64,000 nt of DNA, taken from NCBI GenBank assembly GCA_964412585.1, contig CAYPPJ010000001.1, positions 84,151 through 148,150 of the forward strand, in the 5' to 3' direction. Numbering within the stretch: position 1 is the first letter of the stretch; each line of letters starts with the position of its first letter. Source of the DNA: an uncultured Candidatus Saccharibacteria bacterium. Its GTDB lineage: Bacteria > Patescibacteriota > Minisyncoccia > Phycocordibacterales > PALSA-1337. Positions 1 to 10,000 of this stretch are shown here, piece after piece. Made by a program: the position numbers and the translations under genes. The notes beneath the pieces were generated by a model that was given only the letters and a program-made list of their open reading frames with translations, was not told the origin of the DNA and did no database searches.

Positions 1-820
1 CTCCGCAACAATCTTCCCAATTTCCTCCTCAGATCTGATACCAATTTCTTTCAGTATATCAGTGCGCTTGATGACATCGGCGCAGGTAATGACATTGCGG
101 CCAACGAGATCTCTCTTGTGCTGATACGAAAGCGAAGTGATACACGTCACGGGATGTAGTTTAAACTTATCAATAATAGAGTGAAGATTTCCGCTCGACG
201 GATAGTTCCAGCCGATAAGCTTGAGTTTTGTGCACGCACCATACTTGACCGCTTGCTCCGTAAACTTGGTATTAGTAAACAACCATCGCTCATTGAGCTT
301 GCGCTTTCTACCACCAAAATCAAACTCATTGCCAGCAATATCGTCAAAACGTGCCTTTACATAGAGTGCAACCTTCACATCGGACTTGAGACCAAACTCA
401 TGATGAAATTTTGCCTCAACCATAGCGAGCGCGTCGCTTCTCCAAGCTACGACGTCCACTTCGTGTTCGATGCATGAACCCATGATTTGCTGATCAGTCA
501 GTGTCTCATAACCCCAAGCATGAAATATGCGCGCCACGAATTTTTCAAATGGGAATCCATCAGGGCCGAGCTCGGCCAGTGCACGGCGTACAGAATATTT
601 GACTGCTGTAGGTACTGAGCGTTTTCGAAGCAATGAAAACGCGTGACCATAAATCTCATTGGTGGTCATACCATCTTTCATGCCCGCTTCGACTTTTTCC
701 GCGATCTCATCGATCGACTCATCTGACGCACCTGCATGACGCAACGAGTTGATCAGCTTTTCTTCTTCAAAAAGCTGTTTGGTACCGTCGGATTTTGTTA
801 TATAGATCAGATGGTTCATA
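1..820 (-). CDS. ATP-cone domain fused to an Mrr-like PD-(D/E)xK nuclease-fold domain; the 3' end is cut by the window edge
   Basis: Minus-strand ATG at 820-818. The N-terminus MNHLIYITKSDGTKQLFEEEKLINSLRHAGASDESIDEIAEKVEAG is ATP-cone-like. HEVDVVAW...MVEAKF then fits a D...ExK nuclease core. The frame stays open to position 1. It starts 6 nt below the stop of the upstream deacetylase gene. Confidence 0.6.
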
Positions 821-826
821 AAAACA

Positions 827-1573
827 TTATAACAGACCCTGACTCAATGGGACGATCCTATATCCACGACTCTCTACTTCGGTAAATACTTCATCAAGAA
901 TGCGCCCAGTGATGGTATCTCCGATATGCATAAGAATAATAGAACCTGGATCGATATTGGCATATATCCGTGCCTTTGCTTCTGCATCAGTAAAACCCTC
1001 TGTCTCCATCCAATCACCCGCATCAACAGTCCACATGACAGCACGATACCCATTGCGAGCAGCAACAGCCAATACGTCTTTGTTATATTCACCAAATGGT
1101 GGTCGGAAATAAGGCTTGGTCGAGGAGCCTATGAGCGAAATGACTGAAGCATCCATCAACGTCAATTGTTCGGCGATCTCAGACCATCTCAGTGAGGGCA
1201 AATGTGGGTGCGAATATGAGTGGTTATAAATATCGTGACCCGCAGCGTGTATTCGCCGTACTAACCCAGGATTTCTCTCAACCCATTTTCCGGTAAGGAA
1301 AAAGGTGCCATGAGTGTGATGGCGTTCCAATACAGCAAGTATCTGCTCCGCAGACTGGTTGCCTTCACCTCCGTCAAAGGTAAATATAACTTGATGGGTG
1401 TCCGTTGAGCCTTGGTGTATTGGTGATGGTACCGTGCCGGCAAATGGCACATGGACCATAGGCGTCAACGTCGGCATCGGTTGAATAGTACGTTCATGCG
1501 CATACAAAATAACAACGACAAGCAAAATAATAAGCGCTGAAATACTACGGCGATGGTGTGAATCCATGCACAC
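827..1573 (-). CDS. Polysaccharide deacetylase (NodB homology / CE4 family) with an N-terminal signal/TM segment
   Basis: 248-aa ORF. TFDGG, HSYSHPHL and RPPFGEYN-type motifs are typical of the NodB domain. There is a hydrophobic N-terminus. Confidence 0.75.
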   Translation of the reverse strand: MCMDSHHRRSISALIILLVVVILYAHERTIQPMPTLTPMVHVPFAGTVPSPIHQGSTDTHQVIFTFDGGEGNQSAEQILAVLERHHTHGTFFLTGKWVERNPGLVRRIHAAGHDIYNHSYSHPHLPSLRWSEIAEQLTLMDASVISLIGSSTKPYFRPPFGEYNKDVLAVAARNGYRAVMWTVDAGDWMETEGFTDAEAKARIYANIDPGSIILMHIGDTITGRILDEVFTEVESRGYRIVPLSQGLL

Positions 1574-1590
1574 ATTATAGCGTGTACTCC

Positions 1591-2679
1591 CTATTTGCCA
1601 CTAATTATTCCCCCGCCGAGACAGATATCACCACTATACACAACAATAGACTGACCTGGCGACAATGTTGATTGTGGTTTAACAAAGTGAATTGTCGTAT
1701 TATCGCTCGCACGTATACCCTGTAGTTCTTCACGATATCTAGAACGTGCTAACAATGGTGCATCCAGTGGTATAGAACCCTGATTCCAGTTTATCTGCTC
1801 GAGCACAGCAGTTGACAGTGCTGTTGCCAAACTTCCATCAGGTTGTTTTTTGGAAACAGTGAGTGTATTCGCTTCGATATCTTTTGCAACCACATACACA
1901 GGCTCGTCGGTAGGTGTTTTTTTGGTAATAGTGAAGCCATGTCGCTCGCCAATAGTATAAAATACTGCCCCATCGTGAGTACCAATAACAGTACCTGCCT
2001 GGTCAAGCACCTTTCCTTTTTGTATTGGAATGTAGTGCGACAAAAATTCTTTCACATCGATTTTTCCAATAAAACAAAGTCCCTGACTGTCTTTTTTATC
2101 TGCGTTGGGAAGTTTGAACTTCTGAGCAAGAGCCCTTACTACAGGCTTTTCCATATCTCCGACCGGGAAGATGGTTTTTGAAAGCTGTTTTTGCGTAAGT
2201 GTCCATAAAAAATATGACTGATCCTTATTTGGATCTTTTCCGGCCAAAAGCTGAAACATGCCATCTGACTTCCGCTCAATGCGTGCATAGTGACCAGTTG
2301 CGACAACATCAGCGCCATTCTTCATGGCCCAGTCAAAAAAACCGCCAAATTTAACTGATTTGTTACACATAACATCTGGATTTGGCGTTCTACCGGCTCG
2401 ATATTCAGCAATCATATAATCAACTACCCCTTCTTTGTATTCTTTTTCGAGATCAAGTGTCAGAAATGGAATACCAAGATGCGCAGCAACTCTCATGGCA
2501 TCTTGTCTATCTTCTCGCCACGTACACTCGAGCCAGTCAGGCTGCCAGACCTTGATGAAGACTCCTGTTACGTCGTAGCCAGCTTTTTGGAGAAGTGCGG
2601 CCGAAACTGACGAGTCTACCCCGCCAGACATGCCCACAAAGACACGTTCTTTTCTTGATGTAAGCTCGTCTTGACGCAT
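1591..2679 (-). CDS. mnmA: tRNA-specific 2-thiouridylase MnmA
   Basis: A PP-loop SGGVDSS follows FVGMSGGVDSSVSAALL. The rest is conserved MnmA core. I prefer the internal Met (MRQDELTS...) over the longer ORF-track start at 2718. Confidence 0.85.
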   Translation of the reverse strand: MRQDELTSRKERVFVGMSGGVDSSVSAALLQKAGYDVTGVFIKVWQPDWLECTWREDRQDAMRVAAHLGIPFLTLDLEKEYKEGVVDYMIAEYRAGRTPNPDVMCNKSVKFGGFFDWAMKNGADVVATGHYARIERKSDGMFQLLAGKDPNKDQSYFLWTLTQKQLSKTIFPVGDMEKPVVRALAQKFKLPNADKKDSQGLCFIGKIDVKEFLSHYIPIQKGKVLDQAGTVIGTHDGAVFYTIGERHGFTITKKTPTDEPVYVVAKDIEANTLTVSKKQPDGSLATALSTAVLEQINWNQGSIPLDAPLLARSRYREELQGIRASDNTTIHFVKPQSTLSPGQSIVVYSGDICLGGGIISGK

Positions 2680-2704
2680 ATAGAAAAATAATATATAACT
2701 AAAA

Positions 2705-3238
2705 TTGAATTCGAGCAAGTTTGCTCCTCAAAACTACAACAACGATTGGAACTCTATGAATCATATAATCCGTGACCAGATATTGGCTGGTTTGTTTGTC
2801 TCGGGCCTCATCTTAGGCCTTCTAGCCCTGATATCAATCTTCATCTTTGCAAGCGAACGAAAGAAATTCATTGCACGGATCGTGTGCGGACTGGCCTTCG
2901 GAGTCGCCGCGTTTGTCGTCATTTTTTCTCCAGAGGCCGATTCAACCACAAAACCTCTCGCCCAAGTCGGTTCCCTCGAACCCGGTTGTTACGCCATTGA
3001 CGACGTCTGGCAGATCGGCAAACAATCCTGTGCCATCATACGGCCCGTCACCATCACACACATCGATCCCGTGCTCAAACAGGCGACGGTGATGGTGCTG
3101 AGCGAGCACTGGATAGTATGCGACGTAAACGACACCGACATTCATGGCCGAGATGCGGGGCGTCTTTTTACTGGGTATGCGATCGTTGCATCAACCAACG
3201 GGGCTCGCCGTCTGCAGGCATACGACCCATTCAAGTGA
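2705..3238 (+). CDS. Hypothetical membrane protein
   Basis: 177-aa ORF with two hydrophobic helices near the N-terminus. It is followed by an intrinsic terminator. I found no recognisable domain. Confidence 0.45.
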   Translation: MNSSKFAPQNYNNDWNSMNHIIRDQILAGLFVSGLILGLLALISIFIFASERKKFIARIVCGLAFGVAAFVVIFSPEADSTTKPLAQVGSLEPGCYAIDDVWQIGKQSCAIIRPVTITHIDPVLKQATVMVLSEHWIVCDVNDTDIHGRDAGRLFTGYAIVASTNGARRLQAYDPFK

Positions 3239-3266
3239 GCTGAGCATACAGCTTGATCCTTCCTCG

Positions 3267-3298
3267 CCTCGCCGAATTCCGGTGAGGCTTTTTATTGC
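3267..3298 (+). terminator. Rho-independent terminator (hairpin plus T-run)
   Basis: CCTCGCCG-aattc-CGGTGAGG forms an 8-bp stem and is followed by CTTTTTTATTG. It lies between the converging genes 2705..3238 (+) and mltG (-). Confidence 0.6.
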
Positions 3299-4287
3299 AA
3301 ATATTTCTGCTTATTAATCACGTGCCCATCATGCGTCGTGGCATAATGGGTAATGCCATTTCCATCAGCTAGATAAAAATAGTAAGGCGTCGAAACGGGA
3401 TATAATGTTGCTTTTATCGCATCTAACCCCGGGTTAGTTATCGGCGTTGGTGGCAGTCCCTTGTTGAGATACGTATTATAAGGTGAAGTTGTCGCCAGAT
3501 CTTTCAATGTTATTCCACCCGTTTTCTTATTGAAAATATAATAGAATGGCACATCCACTTGAAGCGCCATGCCCTTTTCAATACGTTTCCAGAGGACACC
3601 CGCAATAATCTGTCTATCAACATATTTGTTAGCTTCTTTTTCCACGATCGAAGCCATGATCATAATATCTTTGAGAGAATGAGTTGACGTAGCAATCGCA
3701 TCCTCGAGCGACTTGATCGCCACATCGAACTGATCACGCATCATTGTGACCAGTTCACTCGGGGTAACGTCCGGGTCAACAAAGTATGTTTCTGGAAACA
3801 GATATCCTTCGAGAGGTTTTGCCTCGGCAAGAAACGCACCACCATCAAATCCCGGAATACTTTTCTGCGCCAATGCAGCTATATCTTTTGCGCTCGTACC
3901 CTCAAATACAGTCAATTTTATCTTTTCAACATTTTTTATGCCGTACGCCGCGCGATATGCCACACGCAAAGCTGATTGCGGTTGATCAAAAAGATAGCTA
4001 CCTGCCTGTACCCCCTTTCCATCATGAAGAAGTACGACGTATATCTTAAATAAATACGCAGATTTGATTATCCCCTTTTCCTTGAACAGTGATGCGGTAG
4101 CGGATACCGTCATGTCTTTATTAATACGAATGATTGCATTGCGGGGAAACGTTGATGGCGCGACCGAATAACAAACCGCCGTGATGACGCACGCGACAAT
4201 CACTACCAAAATGGCCGTAATGGCCACTTTGTATTTAGCAAGAGACTGTCGGCATAACCGGAGTATTCGTTTACGTGAAAAATACAT
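3292..4287 (-). CDS. mltG: Endolytic murein transglycosylase MltG (YceG family)
   Basis: 331 aa. An N-terminal TM helix is followed by a YceG-like domain, with conserved stretches such as LYPETYF-like (LFPETYF) and GLPPTPI. Confidence 0.85.
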   Translation of the reverse strand: MYFSRKRILRLCRQSLAKYKVAITAILVVIVACVITAVCYSVAPSTFPRNAIIRINKDMTVSATASLFKEKGIIKSAYLFKIYVVLLHDGKGVQAGSYLFDQPQSALRVAYRAAYGIKNVEKIKLTVFEGTSAKDIAALAQKSIPGFDGGAFLAEAKPLEGYLFPETYFVDPDVTPSELVTMMRDQFDVAIKSLEDAIATSTHSLKDIMIMASIVEKEANKYVDRQIIAGVLWKRIEKGMALQVDVPFYYIFNKKTGGITLKDLATTSPYNTYLNKGLPPTPITNPGLDAIKATLYPVSTPYYFYLADGNGITHYATTHDGHVINKQKYLQ

Positions 4288-4302
4288 ATAACAACGTGGT
4301 AA

Positions 4303-5577
4303 TTATATCGGAAGGTTTGAAGGTGCCTCGGACTTCTTTGATGGCAAGCGTTCCAACGTAGGGGTTGCTGCAACAGAGCCAGGGAAATGAAAAAGTGTTG
4401 CTAACTCCTCACTATTGAGCACAAACGGCTTTTTGTCTGCTGGAGCATAAAAATACGAGCGACGTTTGTACAGCGCCAAAGCCTCCTCTGAGTAACGATT
4501 GCGGCGAATATCTTTGTAGTCATGCCACGGGTCTGTGATCTTCGCATGCCAGACATCACCTTTTGGCTTGAATCCATTGAGGGACTCTGAGCTAAAATGT
4601 TTGAAGCTTGAAATCGTACCGCCGGCGCCAACGATACGGTTGAATACATCGCTTTTACCAATGTATAACGCGCGAATACCGACATCAAATCCTTGTTTGG
4701 TGACACTACGTTCAACAGCTTCAATAATCGCTTGTTCACCCTTAGAAATCGTCGGGAGTTTTGCATAACCACTATCAGGATTGATCTCACCCGAGACTTT
4801 TGATTTTGCGTCACGGATCAAGATATCATTAACAATTTTCTTTGCTTGATCTTGCCACGCATCAGTCTTCTCAAAAAAACTTCCGGGTTTTGGCTGTTCT
4901 TTTTTGTGCGCACGCATGAGTATTTGTATCCAAATCTGTTGATTGGGTCCGACACTTCCGAGAAACTCGAGCATTGGTGTCAACGGATCAATCTTGAACT
5001 CTTCCTTCGGATCCTTATCAAGACCATAGTCAACATACGTCTTTATTGGATACGCATCGGGTTTTGTTAAGGTAAATTCATTTGCCCATATTTTCATCGT
5101 TTTTGGGTCAAAGTGAACTGATTGCGCATAGTCCCCACTTTCATGGACTTCTATACCTGGAAATTGCGAATACAATCCGGTGATCACACCGCCCTTGCGT
5201 CTGTCTTCGGTCCATATGAAAAATTTGACCTTGCCTTCGATAGAAACCATTTCGAGCGAATACCAGGGGCGCACTTCACCCTTCCAATATTGTGCAAACC
5301 AGCTTCCGTCAGAAGTATTGTGAAGCGATTGGAGAAATACTTCCATGGCCAATGGAGATTTGAACGTATCCTTGGGTAGTTTGAGTTCAAGGACGGTGTA
5401 TTTCAGTGAAAGAAAGAATTTGGATCGCACGTAACGAACCCAGAGTGGCCAAAAAATGAGAGCAAGGAGGATGACGAGCGCAACGGGGGCAATGAAAATT
5501 GCGTATTGTACCGCCTGTGGAATAATGATTGACTGCAAATCACTGGTCAATACAGAAAATAGCTGGTCAATGGACAT
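4303..5577 (-). CDS. Conserved hypothetical protein with N-terminal TM anchor (424 aa)
   Basis: Long ORF with an N-terminal hydrophobic segment. It has no P-loop or other motif I can assign. The C-terminus ends ...LNSEELATLFHFPG.... Confidence 0.55.
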   Translation of the reverse strand: MSIDQLFSVLTSDLQSIIIPQAVQYAIFIAPVALVILLALIFWPLWVRYVRSKFFLSLKYTVLELKLPKDTFKSPLAMEVFLQSLHNTSDGSWFAQYWKGEVRPWYSLEMVSIEGKVKFFIWTEDRRKGGVITGLYSQFPGIEVHESGDYAQSVHFDPKTMKIWANEFTLTKPDAYPIKTYVDYGLDKDPKEEFKIDPLTPMLEFLGSVGPNQQIWIQILMRAHKKEQPKPGSFFEKTDAWQDQAKKIVNDILIRDAKSKVSGEINPDSGYAKLPTISKGEQAIIEAVERSVTKQGFDVGIRALYIGKSDVFNRIVGAGGTISSFKHFSSESLNGFKPKGDVWHAKITDPWHDYKDIRRNRYSEEALALYKRRSYFYAPADKKPFVLNSEELATLFHFPGSVAATPTLERLPSKKSEAPSNLPI

Positions 5578-5737
5578 GTCAATATTATATCAATAACTCG
5601 TTAACTAACAAAGCGGCTCGTACGAGTACCTCAGAGACACGGAAACTTTGCGCACAAAGTTTCCTAGTCCTCGCCGATTTTGTGCTCAAAATCGGCTGTG
5701 GATGTCTCTTCAGTACTGTACTACACCGCTGTGTTAG

Positions 5738-6775
5738 TTAGGCAGATACAGAGTATTTGCCGTCCTTGTCCTTCTTGAAATATTTTGGATTCTGCAAATT
5801 GACTGCAATAGTGTTTTCCTTGACGTAGCGCTCCTTCATAACCTTGGCAACAATCTCTTCCTTGGTCATTGGGCCATGCTTTTCAAGCACGAGGCGGATA
5901 ACGTCACGAACGATGCCAGGCGCATATCCCCATTCTGCAAGAGCGTAGAGACCACGGCCGACAAGTACGAAACGAGGATCCTTGATGAGTTCATTGTGGG
6001 TGGTTGCAACATGAGCCTTTTTCTTGAACATAACCATGATCTGTTTTGCAACATCACGGAAATGGATCGGAGAACCGTGCTTACGGATAACGAGGAAAGC
6101 GTAATCGCGCATACCCTTGGTCTTGATATTTGAAGAATGTGATGCACCCCAATCACCGAGAGCATTGACGCCAATAGCTTTTGAGAGCTTGAGCCAGCGC
6201 TTCATGATCTCCTGATTCTTGTAGCGTTCTGAAACGCCCTCGAGATGCTGGAGAAACTTGTTGATCATTTCTGACTCAGGAAGAAGATCTTGCGTGTTGA
6301 GGTTTGTATACAATTTGCGGAGCGCGATCTCAACTTGAGAAGCGAGTTCCTCATTGACGTGCCAGCGGTGATTGAAATCATCATCTTCCTTGCGCTTCTT
6401 GAATGGTTCACCAATAACCAAAAGGAAATGAACATGATTCTGAAGGCTCTTATCCTTTGAAACATGGCCGAGAAAATCTTCTTCCACGACAATGCCGCCC
6501 AATGCATGAAGCGTATTTTCGAGCTCAGCAAAAACAGCCTTTTCAAGCTTGTATTCATCTGACTTGCGAACCATACCAAGAGCATAGTTTTCGATCTGAC
6601 GGACACGCTCACGAGTAATGCCATACTTTTTACCGATAGCATCAAGAGTCATACGGCGAGTGTCAGAACCGAGTCCGTAGCGATAGATAATCACATCACG
6701 GGCACGATCAGGGAGAGATGAGAGGAGACGCTTAACGATCTGCTTGGGTTTGAAGGAAATTGTTGAAGAAGCCAT
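5738..6775 (-). CDS. Sigma-70 region-4-like HTH fused to two HARE-HTH-like winged-helix modules; not a complete sigma factor
   Basis: The N-terminus LPDRARDVIIYRYGL...TLDAIGKKYGITRERVRQIE is a region-4 HTH. Downstream, HGSPIHFRDVAKQI...LVGRGLYALAEW and GPMTKEEIVAKVMKE...DGKYSVS resemble HARE-HTH modules. Confidence 0.6.
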   Translation of the reverse strand: MASSTISFKPKQIVKRLLSSLPDRARDVIIYRYGLGSDTRRMTLDAIGKKYGITRERVRQIENYALGMVRKSDEYKLEKAVFAELENTLHALGGIVVEEDFLGHVSKDKSLQNHVHFLLVIGEPFKKRKEDDDFNHRWHVNEELASQVEIALRKLYTNLNTQDLLPESEMINKFLQHLEGVSERYKNQEIMKRWLKLSKAIGVNALGDWGASHSSNIKTKGMRDYAFLVIRKHGSPIHFRDVAKQIMVMFKKKAHVATTHNELIKDPRFVLVGRGLYALAEWGYAPGIVRDVIRLVLEKHGPMTKEEIVAKVMKERYVKENTIAVNLQNPKYFKKDKDGKYSVSA

Positions 6776-7030
6776 GTAATTTGATAATAAATAATTGATA
6801 CATTTGTATCACTTGCTTGTAATAAAGTCAATTTCGTGGGAATGTCAGCATTCCCTACACCCAGGCTTGATGTATACACACTACCTTATCCACAGATTGT
6901 TGTCAAATGGGGGCTACCAAACCATTCCGCGACAAGGGTTTCCTCATGCTGAAATGAAAAGACGGAGGTGTACGAAGTATGAGTGTGACTCTATTTCAGC
7001 ATTCGAAAACCCTGTCACTTCATGGTTTGG

Positions 7031-10000
7031 CTACACGACGACAATATTCACGAGTTTATTTGGTACAACAATAATCTTCTTCACTTCCTTCCCTTCTATC
7101 CACTTCAGGGCCTCAGGAATGGCCTTGGCACGGTTCTCAAGTTCCTCCTGTGATGAATCTGTAGGAACTGTGAATGAGCCACGCATTTTGCCATTTATTT
7201 GGACGATAATAGTGACCTCATCATCGGCTGCTAGAGTAGCATCATAGACTGGCCATGGTGCACAATTGATAGATTTCTTATTACCAAGTGATGCCCACAA
7301 TTCTTCAGTAACATGTGGTGCAAAAGGTGCGAGCAACTGGAGCAATACGCCATATTGCTCGCAATCGATAACCTGTACCTTCTCAAGTTCGTTTACAGTG
7401 ATCATAAGGGTGCTTATTGCTGTGTTGAAACGCATAGCTTCGATATCATCACTTACTTTTTTGATCGCTTTATGAATAATCTTATTCACCAGTATAACAT
7501 CACCGACTTTTTCATCGGTTTGAGCAACTACTTTTTCACGTAATTTCCACACACGTTCAATAAATCTGCGTACGCCTGCAATGTTATTTGTATCCCAGGC
7601 AATCGGCTGATCAAATGGTCCCATAAACATCTCATAGAGACGCAGCGAATCGGCTCCGACAGTGGCTACTATGCTGTCAGGATTGATCACATTGCCTTTT
7701 GACTTCGACATTTTGACTCCGCCTTCAGCCAAAATAAGTCCATGAGAGGTGCGCTTGGTATATGGCTCATCGGTCGGCACCAATCCGAGATCAAAAAGGA
7801 ACTTGTGCCAGAAGCGTGAATAGAGCAAATGCAATGTCGTGTGCTCCATGCCGCCGTTATACCAATCAACGGGAGTCCAATAGTCGAGATTCTTTTTGTC
7901 AGCAAATACTTTTTTGTTTTTAGGATCTACATAGCGCAAATAATACCAACTCGAGCCCGCCCAGTTTGGCATGGTATCAGTCTCACGCTGTGCTGGTCCC
8001 TTACATTGAGGACACTTTGTATTTACCCATGCAGTAATCGCTGCCAAAGGAGATTCGCCCGTTTCGGTTGGCTTGTAGTTTTTGACTGAAGGTAATTTGA
8101 TCGGCAAATCCTTTTCGGGTACCGGAACAAGGCCACACTTCTGACAGTTAACAACTGGTATTGGCTCACCCCAATAGCGCTGACGTGAGAAAATCCAATC
8201 GCGGAGTTTGAATGTGGTGATCCACTTTCCACCGACTGATTCGGTAATCTCTTTTTTGACCAATGACGACTCCTTACCACTGAATGATCCGGAATTTTCC
8301 AATATACCGTCACCAACAAAAGATGCGTCCGGCGAAACAAAGCGCTGCCAGAATGCCCAATCAGTGATTTTTGGATACAGAGCAGTCGGAATATCTTTTC
8401 GTGCTACCCACGAAATCTGCTGATGGTTGGACTCATGCTCAGCAACAGGTTGTTGTGCGCCGCTCTTCAACTCAAAATAATATCCATCCAACATGGCTGA
8501 ACGATTTTCATTTTTGTGTGGCGCAAAATGTTTTGCGTAGACATGACCGCCGAGTTTTTTCACCAACACAAAATCGGTAAATCCAGTCTCCTCTATAATC
8601 TCACGCTTTGCAGCCTCAACAGGATCTTCACCTGGATCAATGCCTCCAATGACAAAGGTCGTCCACCCATGTTTCGGCGCTTTGAGACAGAGGAATTCGT
8701 CCTTTTCCCAGTGCTTAACAATAGCTAGGATGCATTCACGTGCCACAGTCTTCACCCCAGGCCTCGATGCAAAATCACCTTGAGTGACATTGATAAGTGG
8801 TGCAACCACTTCTCGTACTGGTAATCCATATTTTTTTGCAAACATACCATCACGCTCATCATGTGCAGGAACAGCCATAACTGCGCCTTTACCATAATCT
8901 GCCAAGACGTAGTCAGCTATCCACACAGGAACTTCTTCCTTTTTTGCCGGGTTAATTGCTTTTACACCTTTTAACTCTACTCCTGTTTTTTCTTTTGTCG
9001 CATCTGTGCGTTCCATTTCTGATTCTTTTTTGACCTTGGCAATGTATAATTCAACCTCAGATTTATTTTCTACAACTGAAAGAAGCTCTTTAACCAGAGT
9101 ATGTTCAGGTGCAAGCACAACATAGGTCACACCAAAAAGAGTATCGGGACGGGTCGTGAAGACTTTAATCCTACGCGAACCAACCATACGAGGAACGAAC
9201 GTATCCTTGAGGAGCTCCTCAGTTTTTTTGTATCTCAAACTCTCATCTTGTTCTACCTTAAACTGTCCGGTCTCAACATATTTCAACAGCGACTCCATCG
9301 GGTACCCAGGTTGCGATTTTTCGGATCGTTCAGTTTGCAGATAATATTCATACGGTGATTGTTCAGCCGAAATTGTGCCTTTCTCATCAGTAAATGCAAG
9401 ACCGTAAATAAATTTAGCCTTTGAGGCACCTCCGACACCTTTCAAAAACTTGAGTGTGTATTCAATAACCTCTTCATCAGTAGCGCGACCACTCTTTGGA
9501 TTTGCTAATTTTCGAATATGATGAATAACACCACCATCTGTTGGCCACTTTTCAACCCAAAACACATGATCAGTTGAAATAGTTGGAATACCTGTCTTTT
9601 TGAAATAATATTCCGACTTCAATCGAGCATTCGCGAGATGATCATTACCTTCAACCAAATCAGAATCATCCAACGGCGGAAGATCATTTAGCGAAATGAG
9701 TTCCAATTGACTCACATCCTTGAGACAGGTCTTGACCATCATTATTTTTGCTTCGTTTCTCGTTCCAATAAGAACCCGTCGCTTCTGGACATCAGACTTA
9801 ATGGAAAATTCAAGTTCAGCCCCCTCACTCTTCCCTATCCAATTTCGCTGCTGCTCCTTGATCGCGTCCTTCCAATCCAACAAAGGTTTACCAAATGACT
9901 CAGCGGTGATAGCCGGATTCAGAAACTTTGCCCACACGTATCTCTGTGAATCAGGCGAGACAAAGGCAGTCATTTCTTCTTTTGAGAGCCACACCACCTC

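Noticed and set aside
3271-3282. Near-palindromic GCCGAATTCCGG (EcoRI-site core) as a restriction or regulatory site
   Set aside because: It is simply the apical part of the intrinsic-terminator hairpin. There is no reason to invoke anything else.
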